49,837 nt of DNA from Candidatus Woesearchaeota archaeon UBA153 (GTDB taxonomy: Archaea > Nanobdellota > Nanobdellia > Woesearchaeales > UBA525), in contig DASH01000093.1 in the NCBI GenBank assembly GCA_002503705.1, positions 1 to 49,837 of the forward strand, read 5' to 3'. Shown here one piece after another: positions 40,617-49,504 of this stretch; the stretch's first letter is position 1; the number at the start of each line of letters is the position of its first letter. The notes under the pieces were generated by a model. That model had not been told where the DNA came from. It saw only the letters and a list, made by a program, of their open reading frames with translations, and did no database searches. A program made the translations under genes and the position numbers.

Positions 40617-43451
40617 ATGACTACTGTTCAGGAACTACTAATAAGAGTTTTGTTGGGGGAAGTGCAAACCATGTCGTTCGGCGTGACTTCAATCAGACGT
40701 TGGCTCTCAGACTGGAAACCGGGAGCGACCCTGTACGCCGGCATCGGCGCCACCCTCCTCGCAGGCTTCTTGAACGCGCAAACCATCCAGACGGCAAACC
40801 TGCACACAATCAAGCACGGCGACAACCTCACCAAGATCGTCAAACAATACTATCCGGAACTCCGGACTGACCGGGAAGTCGCGAACAGAGTTCTCGAGAT
40901 CCAAGCGGACCCTGAGAACGCGGAAGCGTTCAACCTTGGCGATAACAGCGGACGAGACTGCATCGGTTTCACCGGAAAGACTGTGGAAGGCAACTTCGTA
41001 CGCGACCCGGTCCAACCTGTGACTGGGTGCTTCCCGGACGGCCAGTACGACAAACTCGTCCCGGGCACGGTGCTCCACTTCCCGGACGCGGTCGAGACCA
41101 CGGTGCAGACACCGGTCGTCGTTGCTGAACCCGGCGCTCCGACTTCAGTCGTCGCAACACCCAGTGCTCCAGCCGCCGTCGTCACGCCCGCACCCGTCAT
41201 TCCGCAATTCGTCGAGCCAGACGTGAACGCGCCCCCTTTCTCGAAGTCGAAACTCGTGAACCCTGAAGCGACCCTCGAAGAGACCGTCGCCGCGACACCA
41301 ATCACCTCGATGCCACCGTCGAGTTCTTCGTATATCGGCTACGCGCCGTTCGAACCAACACCCTCTTCACTCCTGCAAGAACGGCGTGAACCCGCGTTCC
41401 CGGAAAGCCCGACGGCGAACCCGCTCGACGACCGAGGGACGGAAACGTGGTTCCGGAACCGTTACGTTGTCGAGTCGACCCTCGCCGACCGGTTCAAGGG
41501 CTGCCTTCCCTACCTCGGTGCCGCCGCGCTGGCCGTCGGCCTCCTCGCGTACGGCATCGTCCGCCAACGCCGTGAACAACACGCCGCGCCCGTCGACCTT
41601 GACGTGCTCCTCGCCGATGACGTGCCTTCGGTCGAAGTGGAGGCCGCATTGAAGGCTGAAGAGCACCCCGTGACGGTCAAGCTCCTCGAAGTCGCGGAAG
41701 GCTACTTGCCGCCACGGGCCGTCCGAAATTTGTACTCGCTCTTCCACCCGCTCGGCGTCTGCGGGCTCAGACGGGAAGAGAGGCTCGACCCCGGCCTCGA
41801 CTTCTCGAACTCGACCGACGCGCCCACGAATGTGCCGTTCGAACCGGTCAAAGACCCCGGCTACGTCCCGCCCGCGCTCCAAGAACGCTTCGATGAAGGG
41901 GCTGGTTTCGGCACGACGCCACCGTCGGTCTCGGGGACGGTCACGCCCGCGCCCGTCGCGCCCTTGCAACCCTTCACCACGGAGACTGCGGAAGAGGCCA
42001 TCCCGATTCCGCCGTTCCCCCCGCTCTTGCCGGATGATGAGCGAGAACGCTTGCCAGGACGAGAACAACCAGTCTTGGAACCCTCGATTGAAGCGCCGGC
42101 GCCGAAACCGGCCGAGCCCATACCGTTCTCCGAACCCGCGCCGTCGCACGAACAGCTCATCAAGGCGCTCCAGGACAAGAGCTTGCCGGCGTACTATCGC
42201 AGAGTCTACGTTCAAGAGAACTTGCAGAACCTTCCGGAATCGGTGACGCAAGCCCTCAAGATTCAAAGAGAAGAAGGAGAAGGACCGGGAGGTTTTGGTG
42301 TGGACAGGGCGAAATATGTCACGCAAGCGCCGAATGGACGAGTCACCGCGGAACTCCCCGAACCAGTCCCTTCCGTCGTCGCGCCGACAACCGCGACCTC
42401 TCTTCCTCCCGATGCACCGCTCGACTTGACAGCTGTTGGAGCGGAAGTCAGACGGGTCCGGAACTTGAAACGCTTGAATCTCATCGCCGAAGTGACTGGC
42501 GTTCCACCGCCAACACTTTCTTCGGACGAGCCGTCCGTTTACGAGAGAGCACTCGGACTCGAACCGCCCGTCGAAGTCCCGCCCCTGCCTTCGCTGGAAG
42601 AGCCGCGAGCCACCGAGCCCGTGAACACCTCTCGGCTTAACTTCGGCGGTCCGCCAATGGACGATACGATTGATAGCGCCGTCGAGGCACGGCTCAACCC
42701 CGTCGAGTCTCCCCCCGTCGACACGAGCAAGGTCATCATGTCGGTCAGGGCGAAGAAAGATAAAGACCCCGACAAGAACGGCGGCAGCGGAACACCACCG
42801 ACTGACAACGGCCCCTTCAACCTCACACCGCCTCCAACTGGCGGTTCGGCAGCCGCGCCGTTGAGCAATCTTGTCGCGTTCACCGAGCCTTCACCGTTGA
42901 GCAGCAAGAACCTCGCGTCCATCATCGCCGAGACGTACCGGACGGACCGTGCCGCGGCTCGAAGCATCTACCAGAAGCTCGCGCCGGACGAACAGCTCGA
43001 CACCGTCAAAGAACTGTACCGAGCGCCGGTCGTGGCCATCAAGCAGCGCGGCCTCGCCGGCGCGCGCCACTCCGCGAACTACGTCTCAATCGACAACCTC
43101 GTCGACCTCACCGGCGCGGTGAACAAGTACGAACAGCTCCGCACGCTCGACGCTGCTGGAGTCCTCAGCCACGGCCGCGCCGCCGCGCAGAAAGAGTACG
43201 TGGCCGCGCGACGGGACGACGCGGAACTCCTGTACGACAACGGTATCGCCGTCAAAGACATCGCGCAGCAGCTCGGCGTGAGCGCGTCCACCGTCTATCG
43301 TGACTTGAAAGTCCGGCGTGACGTGAAGGGCGCCGCGACGAGCGAGTACAAGGCCTCCGACGCGAAACGAGTCTCCCCGGCCGCGCGAGCGTACGCTGGT
43401 CGCACGACGCCGGCCGCGACCGCACAGCCTGCGGCGCCGACGATGAACTAG
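40617..43451 (+). CDS. LysM-domain, TM-containing, proline-rich protein with C-terminal helix-turn-helix
   Basis: LysM: HTIKHGDNLTKIVKQYYPEL. TM: LPYLGAAALAVGLLAYGIV. A long P/E/A-rich low-complexity region follows. C-terminal HTH: NGIAVKDIAQQLGVSASTVYRDLKVRRD. Alternative start ATG 40671 (MSFGV...). Confidence 0.7.
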   Translation: MTTVQELLIRVLLGEVQTMSFGVTSIRRWLSDWKPGATLYAGIGATLLAGFLNAQTIQTANLHTIKHGDNLTKIVKQYYPELRTDREVANRVLEIQADPENAEAFNLGDNSGRDCIGFTGKTVEGNFVRDPVQPVTGCFPDGQYDKLVPGTVLHFPDAVETTVQTPVVVAEPGAPTSVVATPSAPAAVVTPAPVIPQFVEPDVNAPPFSKSKLVNPEATLEETVAATPITSMPPSSSSYIGYAPFEPTPSSLLQERREPAFPESPTANPLDDRGTETWFRNRYVVESTLADRFKGCLPYLGAAALAVGLLAYGIVRQRREQHAAPVDLDVLLADDVPSVEVEAALKAEEHPVTVKLLEVAEGYLPPRAVRNLYSLFHPLGVCGLRREERLDPGLDFSNSTDAPTNVPFEPVKDPGYVPPALQERFDEGAGFGTTPPSVSGTVTPAPVAPLQPFTTETAEEAIPIPPFPPLLPDDERERLPGREQPVLEPSIEAPAPKPAEPIPFSEPAPSHEQLIKALQDKSLPAYYRRVYVQENLQNLPESVTQALKIQREEGEGPGGFGVDRAKYVTQAPNGRVTAELPEPVPSVVAPTTATSLPPDAPLDLTAVGAEVRRVRNLKRLNLIAEVTGVPPPTLSSDEPSVYERALGLEPPVEVPPLPSLEEPRATEPVNTSRLNFGGPPMDDTIDSAVEARLNPVESPPVDTSKVIMSVRAKKDKDPDKNGGSGTPPTDNGPFNLTPPPTGGSAAAPLSNLVAFTEPSPLSSKNLASIIAETYRTDRAAARSIYQKLAPDEQLDTVKELYRAPVVAIKQRGLAGARHSANYVSIDNLVDLTGAVNKYEQLRTLDAAGVLSHGRAAAQKEYVAARRDDAELLYDNGIAVKDIAQQLGVSASTVYRDLKVRRDVKGAATSEYKASDAKRVSPAARAYAGRTTPAATAQPAAPTMN

Positions 43452-43475
43452 GCATTTCCCGTACCTTTTCTCCTC

Positions 43476-43653
43476 GTGCGAGTGCCGTCCAGCTCGCTCA
43501 TTGTTGAGAATGTCGAGTGCGGTTCCCCCCGTGAGTCACGGCGACGGAACGTCGCCGGGAAGTTGGAAACGTTCCGTTCCCAACTGGACTTCCCCCACCG
43601 CAACCGCTTCTTCCCTCGCTTCCGTCGCTCGCCCTTAAGGACGGCACTCGCAC
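43476..43653 (+). ncRNA. Family A structured element, copy A3 (178 nt)
   Basis: Closing helix GUGCGAGUGCCGUCC / GGACGGCACUCGCAC (15 bp perfect). Inner helix UGCGGU (43518-43523) / ACCGCA (43597-43602). Internal hairpin CGGCGACG-GAA-CGUCGCCG (43539-43557). T5 at 43657-43661. Confidence 0.6.
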
Positions 43654-43741
43654 TCGTTTTTCCTTTCTGTCTCATGTCTCAAAAGCAAACTTTTTAAATG
43701 CCCTTCTCGGTGGGGCGAGGGTAGAGCGTGAGTGTGGGACT

Positions 43742-45571
43742 GTGTTCGGTCTAGAGACGATTTTCCTCAACCAGGCGGGACTGGTCACCGCGCTCGTCCT
43801 CCTCCCGTTCTTCATCATCTACCTCATCCGGCCGAAGCCCCGCCACGAGACCGTGCCGAGCCTCTTGTTCATCATGAAAGACATGGGGAAGAACAACATC
43901 GACAGCTTCTTCCGCACGTTCTTCAAAGACTTCCTCTTCCTCATCCAACTCCTCCTCCTGCTCCTCCTCATCACCGCGGCCGCGAAACCCTTCCTCAACG
44001 TCCCGAAATCCTACCTCGTCGAGCAGACCGTCCTCATCGTCGACGCGAGCGCTTCCATGAACGCGGACAACCGTTTCAAGCAAGCCGTCGAGATCGCGGA
44101 CGAAGCGCTCGGCAAGCAGAACACGATCATCACCGTCACGTCCGCTCCCGAAGTCCTCGTCGAACGCGTCGGCGAAGGCGAGGCGCGCCAAGCCTTGAAA
44201 CGTCTCAAGGCGGCGGACACGACGACCGCGTTGAGCGACGCGCTCCAACTCGCGACGGGGTACGCGACGACCGGCACGAGAGTCGTCGTCGTCAGCGACT
44301 TCCTCCCGAGCGCAGGAGACCTCGACTACGAGACTGCCGCGGACGTCCTGGAAGGCACGGGCGCGCTCATCGAGTACCGACCCGTCACCGGCGGCACGAG
44401 GAACGTCGGCATCATCGACTTGCAACCCGGCCCGGTGACGAGCAGCGTCTGGGTGAAGAACTACGACGCGAGACCCGCCGACGTCACCCTCCGGATCAGC
44501 GACGCGAAACAACAACTCCTCCTCGCGCCGGGCGAGACGAAAGAGGTCACGTTCAAGACGCCCGCCGGCGTCGCCGAGCTGAAGCTCGAACCGGACGACG
44601 ACCTCCTCGTGGACAACGCGGCGTGGGTGAGCGCTCCCGAAAAGACGACGATCAAGATGCTCGTCATCACGAACGAGAAAGCCAGGGTCGAGCGGAGCAA
44701 CTTCCTCCTCGCGCTCAACGTCATCTCGAAGAACTTCCCCACCACGTTCGACATCCGCTACGCGGTACCACCGCAGATTCCCGCGCTCGACCACGACGTC
44801 TATGTCATCGACCAGGCGAGCCTGCAGTTCATCCTTCCCGGGTACATCCGGGACTTGCAGAAGAAAACGGCTGAAGGCGCCGCCGTCATCGTCTTCCAAC
44901 AAGAAGGGCTCTTCGCGATCGACTGGCAAGGACTCCTCCCTGTCAGCCCGGCGAACGACACGAACGGACTGCGAACGCAACTCCTCCCCTCAAGCATGAA
45001 GACGCTCACGAACGACATCGAATTCGGGCAGGTCGGGAGTTACCTCCGCGTCGTCGCGACGCCGGACGCGAGCGTTCTCGCCGCGACCGCGACCGCCGAC
45101 CCGATCATCGTGACGCGCCGCATCGAGAAAGGCCACGTCCTCTACTACGGCCTCGACGACACCAAGGCGAGCTTCAGCAAAGACCCCAGCTACCCCGTCT
45201 TCTGGCGGCGAACGTTCGACCTGCTCACGAACCGGCCGAGCTTGGAAAACTTGAACGTGCGGACTGGCAACGTCCTCACCCTGCCGCGAGCCGTCAAGAT
45301 AAAGACGCCGGACGGGAGCAAGACGGCGAGCATCCTCCCGCTCGACAAGGCCGGACTGTACACCCTCCCGGATAGGACGATCGCGGTCAACCTCCTCTCC
45401 GACCGAGAGTCGAACATCCTCACGACGGAGAACGTGACCGCGTCGCGCGCCGCCACCGGCGAGAAGACGAGCGAGAAAGCGCCGAAAGACTTGACTGACT
45501 GGGCCTTGTGGGCCGCGATCGCAGTCCTCCTCTTCGAGATCCTCTACGTCAAGTACCGGGGTGACTTCTAG
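43742..45571 (+). CDS. BatA-like protein: N-terminal double-TM aerotolerance-regulator domain plus vWA domain
   Basis: GTG start. LVTALVLLPFFIIYLIRPKPRHETVPSLLFI. vWA MIDAS motif VLIVDASASMN. C-terminal TM WALWAAIAVLLFEILYV. Confidence 0.75.
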   Translation: MFGLETIFLNQAGLVTALVLLPFFIIYLIRPKPRHETVPSLLFIMKDMGKNNIDSFFRTFFKDFLFLIQLLLLLLLITAAAKPFLNVPKSYLVEQTVLIVDASASMNADNRFKQAVEIADEALGKQNTIITVTSAPEVLVERVGEGEARQALKRLKAADTTTALSDALQLATGYATTGTRVVVVSDFLPSAGDLDYETAADVLEGTGALIEYRPVTGGTRNVGIIDLQPGPVTSSVWVKNYDARPADVTLRISDAKQQLLLAPGETKEVTFKTPAGVAELKLEPDDDLLVDNAAWVSAPEKTTIKMLVITNEKARVERSNFLLALNVISKNFPTTFDIRYAVPPQIPALDHDVYVIDQASLQFILPGYIRDLQKKTAEGAAVIVFQQEGLFAIDWQGLLPVSPANDTNGLRTQLLPSSMKTLTNDIEFGQVGSYLRVVATPDASVLAATATADPIIVTRRIEKGHVLYYGLDDTKASFSKDPSYPVFWRRTFDLLTNRPSLENLNVRTGNVLTLPRAVKIKTPDGSKTASILPLDKAGLYTLPDRTIAVNLLSDRESNILTTENVTASRAATGEKTSEKAPKDLTDWALWAAIAVLLFEILYVKYRGDF

Positions 45572-45572
45572 A

Positions 45573-48110
45573 ATGCTCCTCCCGCTCATCGGCGACCTCG
45601 TCGGCGACGTCTTCCTCACCAGTCCGAAACTCCTCTGGGCGATTCCCGGCATCGCGGTCTTCCTCCTCGCGCTCCTCCTGTACGACTTCGTCAACCTCCC
45701 CCTCTCGCCGGACGAGCGTCGACGCCAGCGGCGGACGCGCTGTTGGATCTTCCTCTCCCGGCTGCTCATCATCACGATGCTCGTCATCGCGCTCGCGCAC
45801 CCGTACATCGAGCGGACGAAAGCGGTGAAAGGGAACCCGCGCGTCACCCTCCTCGTCGACACGAGCGCGTCCATGGCCGTGCTCGACACGAAGTTCGCGG
45901 ACGGTCTCGCCGACCTCCTCGGACGCCACGTCCCGACGACGGTGCGCCCGGCCGGGACGAACCTGACGAGCGACATCGGCAGCGCGGCGTTGCGCAACCT
46001 CGAGCCTGGCGGCTACCTCCTCCTCCTCACCGACGGGAACGTCAACGAAGGCGCCGCTCTTGAAGACGTCGCGTTCTACGCGTCGACGCTCAACGCGACG
46101 GTCAGCAGCATCGACTTGACCGCGACCGCCAGCGACGCCGGCATCCTCCTCCTCGGGCCGTCGAAAGTCGTCGCGGACAGCGACGCGACGTTCAACGTCA
46201 TCGTCACCGCGACGGCGCCGGACGCGACCGCGAACTTGAAAGTCTTGGTGGACGGCTCGGTCGTCCTCGACAAGCGAGTCTCGCCCGGCACGTATTCGTT
46301 CACGAAACAGTTCTCGACCGGAGACCACCGGATTGAGGCGGCGCTCGACGGCGGCGACGCGGTCTCGGCGAACGACCGGTTCTTCAAGGCCGTGCACGTC
46401 CTCCCCAAGCCGCGCATCCTCCTCGTCTCCGTCAAGAACAGCCCGCTTGAGCTCCTCCTCCGCGACCTGTATGACGTTGACAAGCGGCCGAACCTCCCTG
46501 CTGACTTGAGCCCGTACTACGCGGTCGTCGTGGACGACGCGCCCATCGAGAGCTTGCGCAACACGAAAGTGCTGCACGACTACCTCATCGACGAGACGGA
46601 CGGGTATTACGGCGGCGGCCTCGTCCTGTTCGGCGGCATGGACAGCTTCGACCGCGGCGCCTATTCGGGCAGCGCTCTCGAGCCGCTCCTCCCCGTCAAG
46701 GTCGGCAAGGGCGAGCGGAAGAAAGGGAACGCGAACCTCGTCTTCCTCGTCGACGTGAGCGGCTCGACGGCGAAGACCAAGTACGTCGTCCAGGACGGGC
46801 GGACCGTCCAGGTGAACGAGAGCCTCAGCACGCTCGACGTGATCAAGGCGCAGGTCGTCAACGCGGTCGGCCAGCTCAAGCTGGAGAACAAGGTGTCCGT
46901 CATCGTCTTCGGCGTCCCGCCCGACGTCTCCCTTGAGGGCGTCGAAGACCGGATTGCCGACACGGTCAAGATTATCGAGAAGCTCGACTTCCTCTACAAC
47001 AACCGGCAGGAGATCCTTACCAAGGTGCCGCGGATCGTGGGCGGCGGCCCGACCGCTGCCGACGTCGCCTTCCGAGGAGCGGTCGAGATGCTGAAGAACG
47101 CTGAAGGCGACAAGAACGTCATTCTCATGACGGACGGCCGTTACTCCGCCGGCTTGGGCGCGGAGAGCCCGATGAAGAAGCAGCTCTTGACGCTCGCGTC
47201 GAACGCGCACAAGCTGTATGGGGTCAACTTCATGACGATCGGCACGGGGACGACCAGCACCGACTTCTCAAAGAAGGTGGACGAGACGTTCCTGAAAGAG
47301 TTGGCGAAGGCGGGTGACGGGACGTACGACCGCGCCACCCAGCTCAACTCCCTCCTTGTCAAGTGGGGAGACCCGAAGGCGAAGAACTTCGGCGAGGAGT
47401 TCGTCCTCGTCCCGTTGAGCTTGACGCACTTCATCACGCGAGACCTCGAGCCGACCGCGGTCTTGAACGCGTACAGCGAAGTCGTGCCGAAAGACACCGC
47501 GGAACTCCTCATCGCGGCGGATAGCGGCCAGCCGGCGTTGACGGTCTGGCGGTACGGGAACGGCCGCGTCGCCACGTGGACGGTCTTCGCGGGGAACAAC
47601 CTCGGGCAGCTTTTGAACGGGGAGAACTCTCTCTTGCTGTCGCGCACGGTCAACTGGGCGATCGGCGACCCGCAGCGCAAACAGCCGTACTTCGTCGACA
47701 TCCCGGACACGAGGATGAACGAGCAGGGCTTCGTCACGGTGAAGAGCGACGCTCCGGTCACGAGCGACACCCTCGTCTTCGTCAAGGACGGCAGCGTCTA
47801 TACTGCGCGCTTCGACCCGTCGAGTGAAGGGTTCGCCCAGCTGCTCGGCTTGACGTACGCGATCAACCGTCCGAGCGAGCTCGACCGGACTGGGATGAAC
47901 CCTTTCCTCGCCGAGCTGGTGACCACGACCGGCGGAAAAGTATTTAAACCGTCGGAGAGCGATGCGATGATTGAGCATATCAAGGAGGTGTCGAAGCGCG
48001 TCACGGTGACGAAACAGGACGCCGCGATGCCGTTCTTGATTGCGGCGTTGGCGCTGCTGCTCCTCGAGTTCGCGTTGCGGCGCATCACGGACCGGAGGCG
48101 GAATAACTGA
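45573..48110 (+). CDS. BatB-like membrane protein with two vWA domains
   Basis: N-terminal TM pair. TLLVDTSASM and VFLVDVSGST MIDAS motifs. C-terminal TM MPFLIAALALLLLEFAL. Starts 2 nt after the upstream stop. Confidence 0.75.
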   Translation: MLLPLIGDLVGDVFLTSPKLLWAIPGIAVFLLALLLYDFVNLPLSPDERRRQRRTRCWIFLSRLLIITMLVIALAHPYIERTKAVKGNPRVTLLVDTSASMAVLDTKFADGLADLLGRHVPTTVRPAGTNLTSDIGSAALRNLEPGGYLLLLTDGNVNEGAALEDVAFYASTLNATVSSIDLTATASDAGILLLGPSKVVADSDATFNVIVTATAPDATANLKVLVDGSVVLDKRVSPGTYSFTKQFSTGDHRIEAALDGGDAVSANDRFFKAVHVLPKPRILLVSVKNSPLELLLRDLYDVDKRPNLPADLSPYYAVVVDDAPIESLRNTKVLHDYLIDETDGYYGGGLVLFGGMDSFDRGAYSGSALEPLLPVKVGKGERKKGNANLVFLVDVSGSTAKTKYVVQDGRTVQVNESLSTLDVIKAQVVNAVGQLKLENKVSVIVFGVPPDVSLEGVEDRIADTVKIIEKLDFLYNNRQEILTKVPRIVGGGPTAADVAFRGAVEMLKNAEGDKNVILMTDGRYSAGLGAESPMKKQLLTLASNAHKLYGVNFMTIGTGTTSTDFSKKVDETFLKELAKAGDGTYDRATQLNSLLVKWGDPKAKNFGEEFVLVPLSLTHFITRDLEPTAVLNAYSEVVPKDTAELLIAADSGQPALTVWRYGNGRVATWTVFAGNNLGQLLNGENSLLLSRTVNWAIGDPQRKQPYFVDIPDTRMNEQGFVTVKSDAPVTSDTLVFVKDGSVYTARFDPSSEGFAQLLGLTYAINRPSELDRTGMNPFLAELVTTTGGKVFKPSESDAMIEHIKEVSKRVTVTKQDAAMPFLIAALALLLLEFALRRITDRRRNN

Positions 48111-48589
48111 TGAGCGGCTTTCTTGGACGGAACATCAATTTCGCGCTCTTCCTCTTGGTGCTCGTCGTCGTCTTGATTGGCGCGGGGACGACGGTGTTGT
48201 ACTATAAGGGGTTGAGCGAGCGGACTTCGCAGTACGAGACGACGAGTCTTAACTTGACGCAATGCTTGACGTCGCTTGCCAACTACCGGAACGTCCTTTT
48301 GACGCGCGAGAGCGAGCTGAACGAGACGAGCCAGGACATTCGGAAATACGACCTCCTGTACAGTCAGAAGCAGAGCGAGCTCACCGACGCGCAGAAAGAC
48401 TTGGATGAGACGAAGCGACAATTGACGAGCACGATCCTCCAGAAGGAGCAGTACAAGTCGCAGATGGAGCAGAAGGCGACGGAGGTCGCGCAGAAGACCG
48501 CGCAGATTGTGAAGTTGGAGGCGCAGGTCGACGCGCTCAAGACGAAAGTCGCGGATTTGGAAGACGACCTCAGCGCGTGTAGTGGTTAG
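48110..48589 (+). CDS. TM-anchored coiled-coil protein
   Basis: The ATG overlaps the upstream TGA by 1 nt. TM FALFLLVLVVVLIGAGTTVLY, then heptad-rich Q/E/K/L sequence. Confidence 0.65.
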   Translation: MSGFLGRNINFALFLLVLVVVLIGAGTTVLYYKGLSERTSQYETTSLNLTQCLTSLANYRNVLLTRESELNETSQDIRKYDLLYSQKQSELTDAQKDLDETKRQLTSTILQKEQYKSQMEQKATEVAQKTAQIVKLEAQVDALKTKVADLEDDLSACSG

Positions 48590-48643
48590 GAGTGGTGAGG
48601 ATTTGTTAGGAGTGGTGAGGATTTGTTAGGAGTGGGTGGGATT
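48586..48643 (+). repeat. About 3 x 20-nt tandem repeat spanning a stop codon
   Basis: ttaggagtggtgaggatttg x2, then ttaggagtgggtgggatt. The stop TAG at 48587-48589 is inside unit 1. Confidence 0.85.
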
Positions 48644-48666
48644 CCCCGAAATCCTGGTTGGTTGAG

Positions 48667-49455
48667 ATGGCAGGCATTAGTTCCTTGTTCGACGAGATCC
48701 GCTTCGAGATGCTGAAAGTCATCATCCTGAACGCGTTCCTAGACGCGACGATCGTCTTTCTCGTCCTCTTCCTCGTCTTGAGCGTCTTCAGCATGCACCT
48801 CATCATCCCTGTGCTCGTCTCCCTTCTTTTCTTCATCATCGACGTCTGGTGGTACGGCCGTCGCCTCTCGTTGCGCTATATCGAAGACCGGAACCCGAGC
48901 GTGCGTGAGATGCTTCGCACGGCCGCGGACAACATGAGCTCGACGACGCTCATGGCGCAGGCCCTGTTCAACGACCTCGCCGCGCGGATGCGGCAGATCA
49001 GCAGCGGCACGTTCCTCGATTTCCGCAAGCTCGCGACGAAGGTCGGCGTCATCTTCGTCCTCAGCCTCGTCATCGTCTCCTTGGCCTTCTTCAACGTGAA
49101 CATCCAGAAGTACCAGGACCCCTTGCAAGGCTTCGGGGACCGGCTCGCGAGTCGGTTTAGCGGGTTGTTCGGCGACGAGAGCCTGGCCGGTCCGGGCTTG
49201 AAAGAGGGCGATGAGGGCTTGTACGGCGAGCCGTCCATCGCCAAGCTCGGCGGAGAGCAGTTGGACGTGACGTTGCAGCAGAACCTGAACCAGATCGATT
49301 TCAACAAGGTCGGCGCGGCGGACCCTTCCGGCGACGTTCCCGAGAGTTATCCGGGAGAGGTCGACGCTCGCGCGAGCGAGGCGTACACGGGCGGCCTCGA
49401 CGACATCAACGATCGCAAGACTGCCGCGGAGTACTCGCAGCAGGTCAAGCAGTAA
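48667..49455 (+). CDS. Membrane protein of the Bat/MoxR cluster (function unknown)
   Basis: Two N-terminal TM helices (VIILNAFLDATIVFLVLFLVLSVF, IIPVLVSLLFFIIDVWWY), one later TM, and an acidic C-terminal region. Confidence 0.6.
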   Translation: MAGISSLFDEIRFEMLKVIILNAFLDATIVFLVLFLVLSVFSMHLIIPVLVSLLFFIIDVWWYGRRLSLRYIEDRNPSVREMLRTAADNMSSTTLMAQALFNDLAARMRQISSGTFLDFRKLATKVGVIFVLSLVIVSLAFFNVNIQKYQDPLQGFGDRLASRFSGLFGDESLAGPGLKEGDEGLYGEPSIAKLGGEQLDVTLQQNLNQIDFNKVGAADPSGDVPESYPGEVDARASEAYTGGLDDINDRKTAAEYSQQVKQ

Positions 49456-49504
49456 CTTTTTTTGTGAAAAAAATGGTGAACGAACGTTCATTGAGGTGGT
49501 TTCC

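Noticed and set aside
24816-43653. Family A as integron attC sites or as a classical MITE
   Set aside because: The copies are dispersed over 19 kb in mixed orientation and do not bracket cassettes. There is no integrase, and I see no GTTRRRY/RYYYAAC cores. MITE terminal inverted repeats would be the same sequence in every copy, whereas here the outer 9 bp differ and covary. A hairpin-targeting insertion mechanism cannot be fully excluded.
43732-47210. Alternative-frame and antisense ORFs over the Bat-like genes (43732-44874 plus, 43751-44980 minus, 45549-47210 minus)
   Set aside because: Arg/Pro/Glu-rich shadow frames. The chosen frames have BatA N-terminal and vWA MIDAS motifs.
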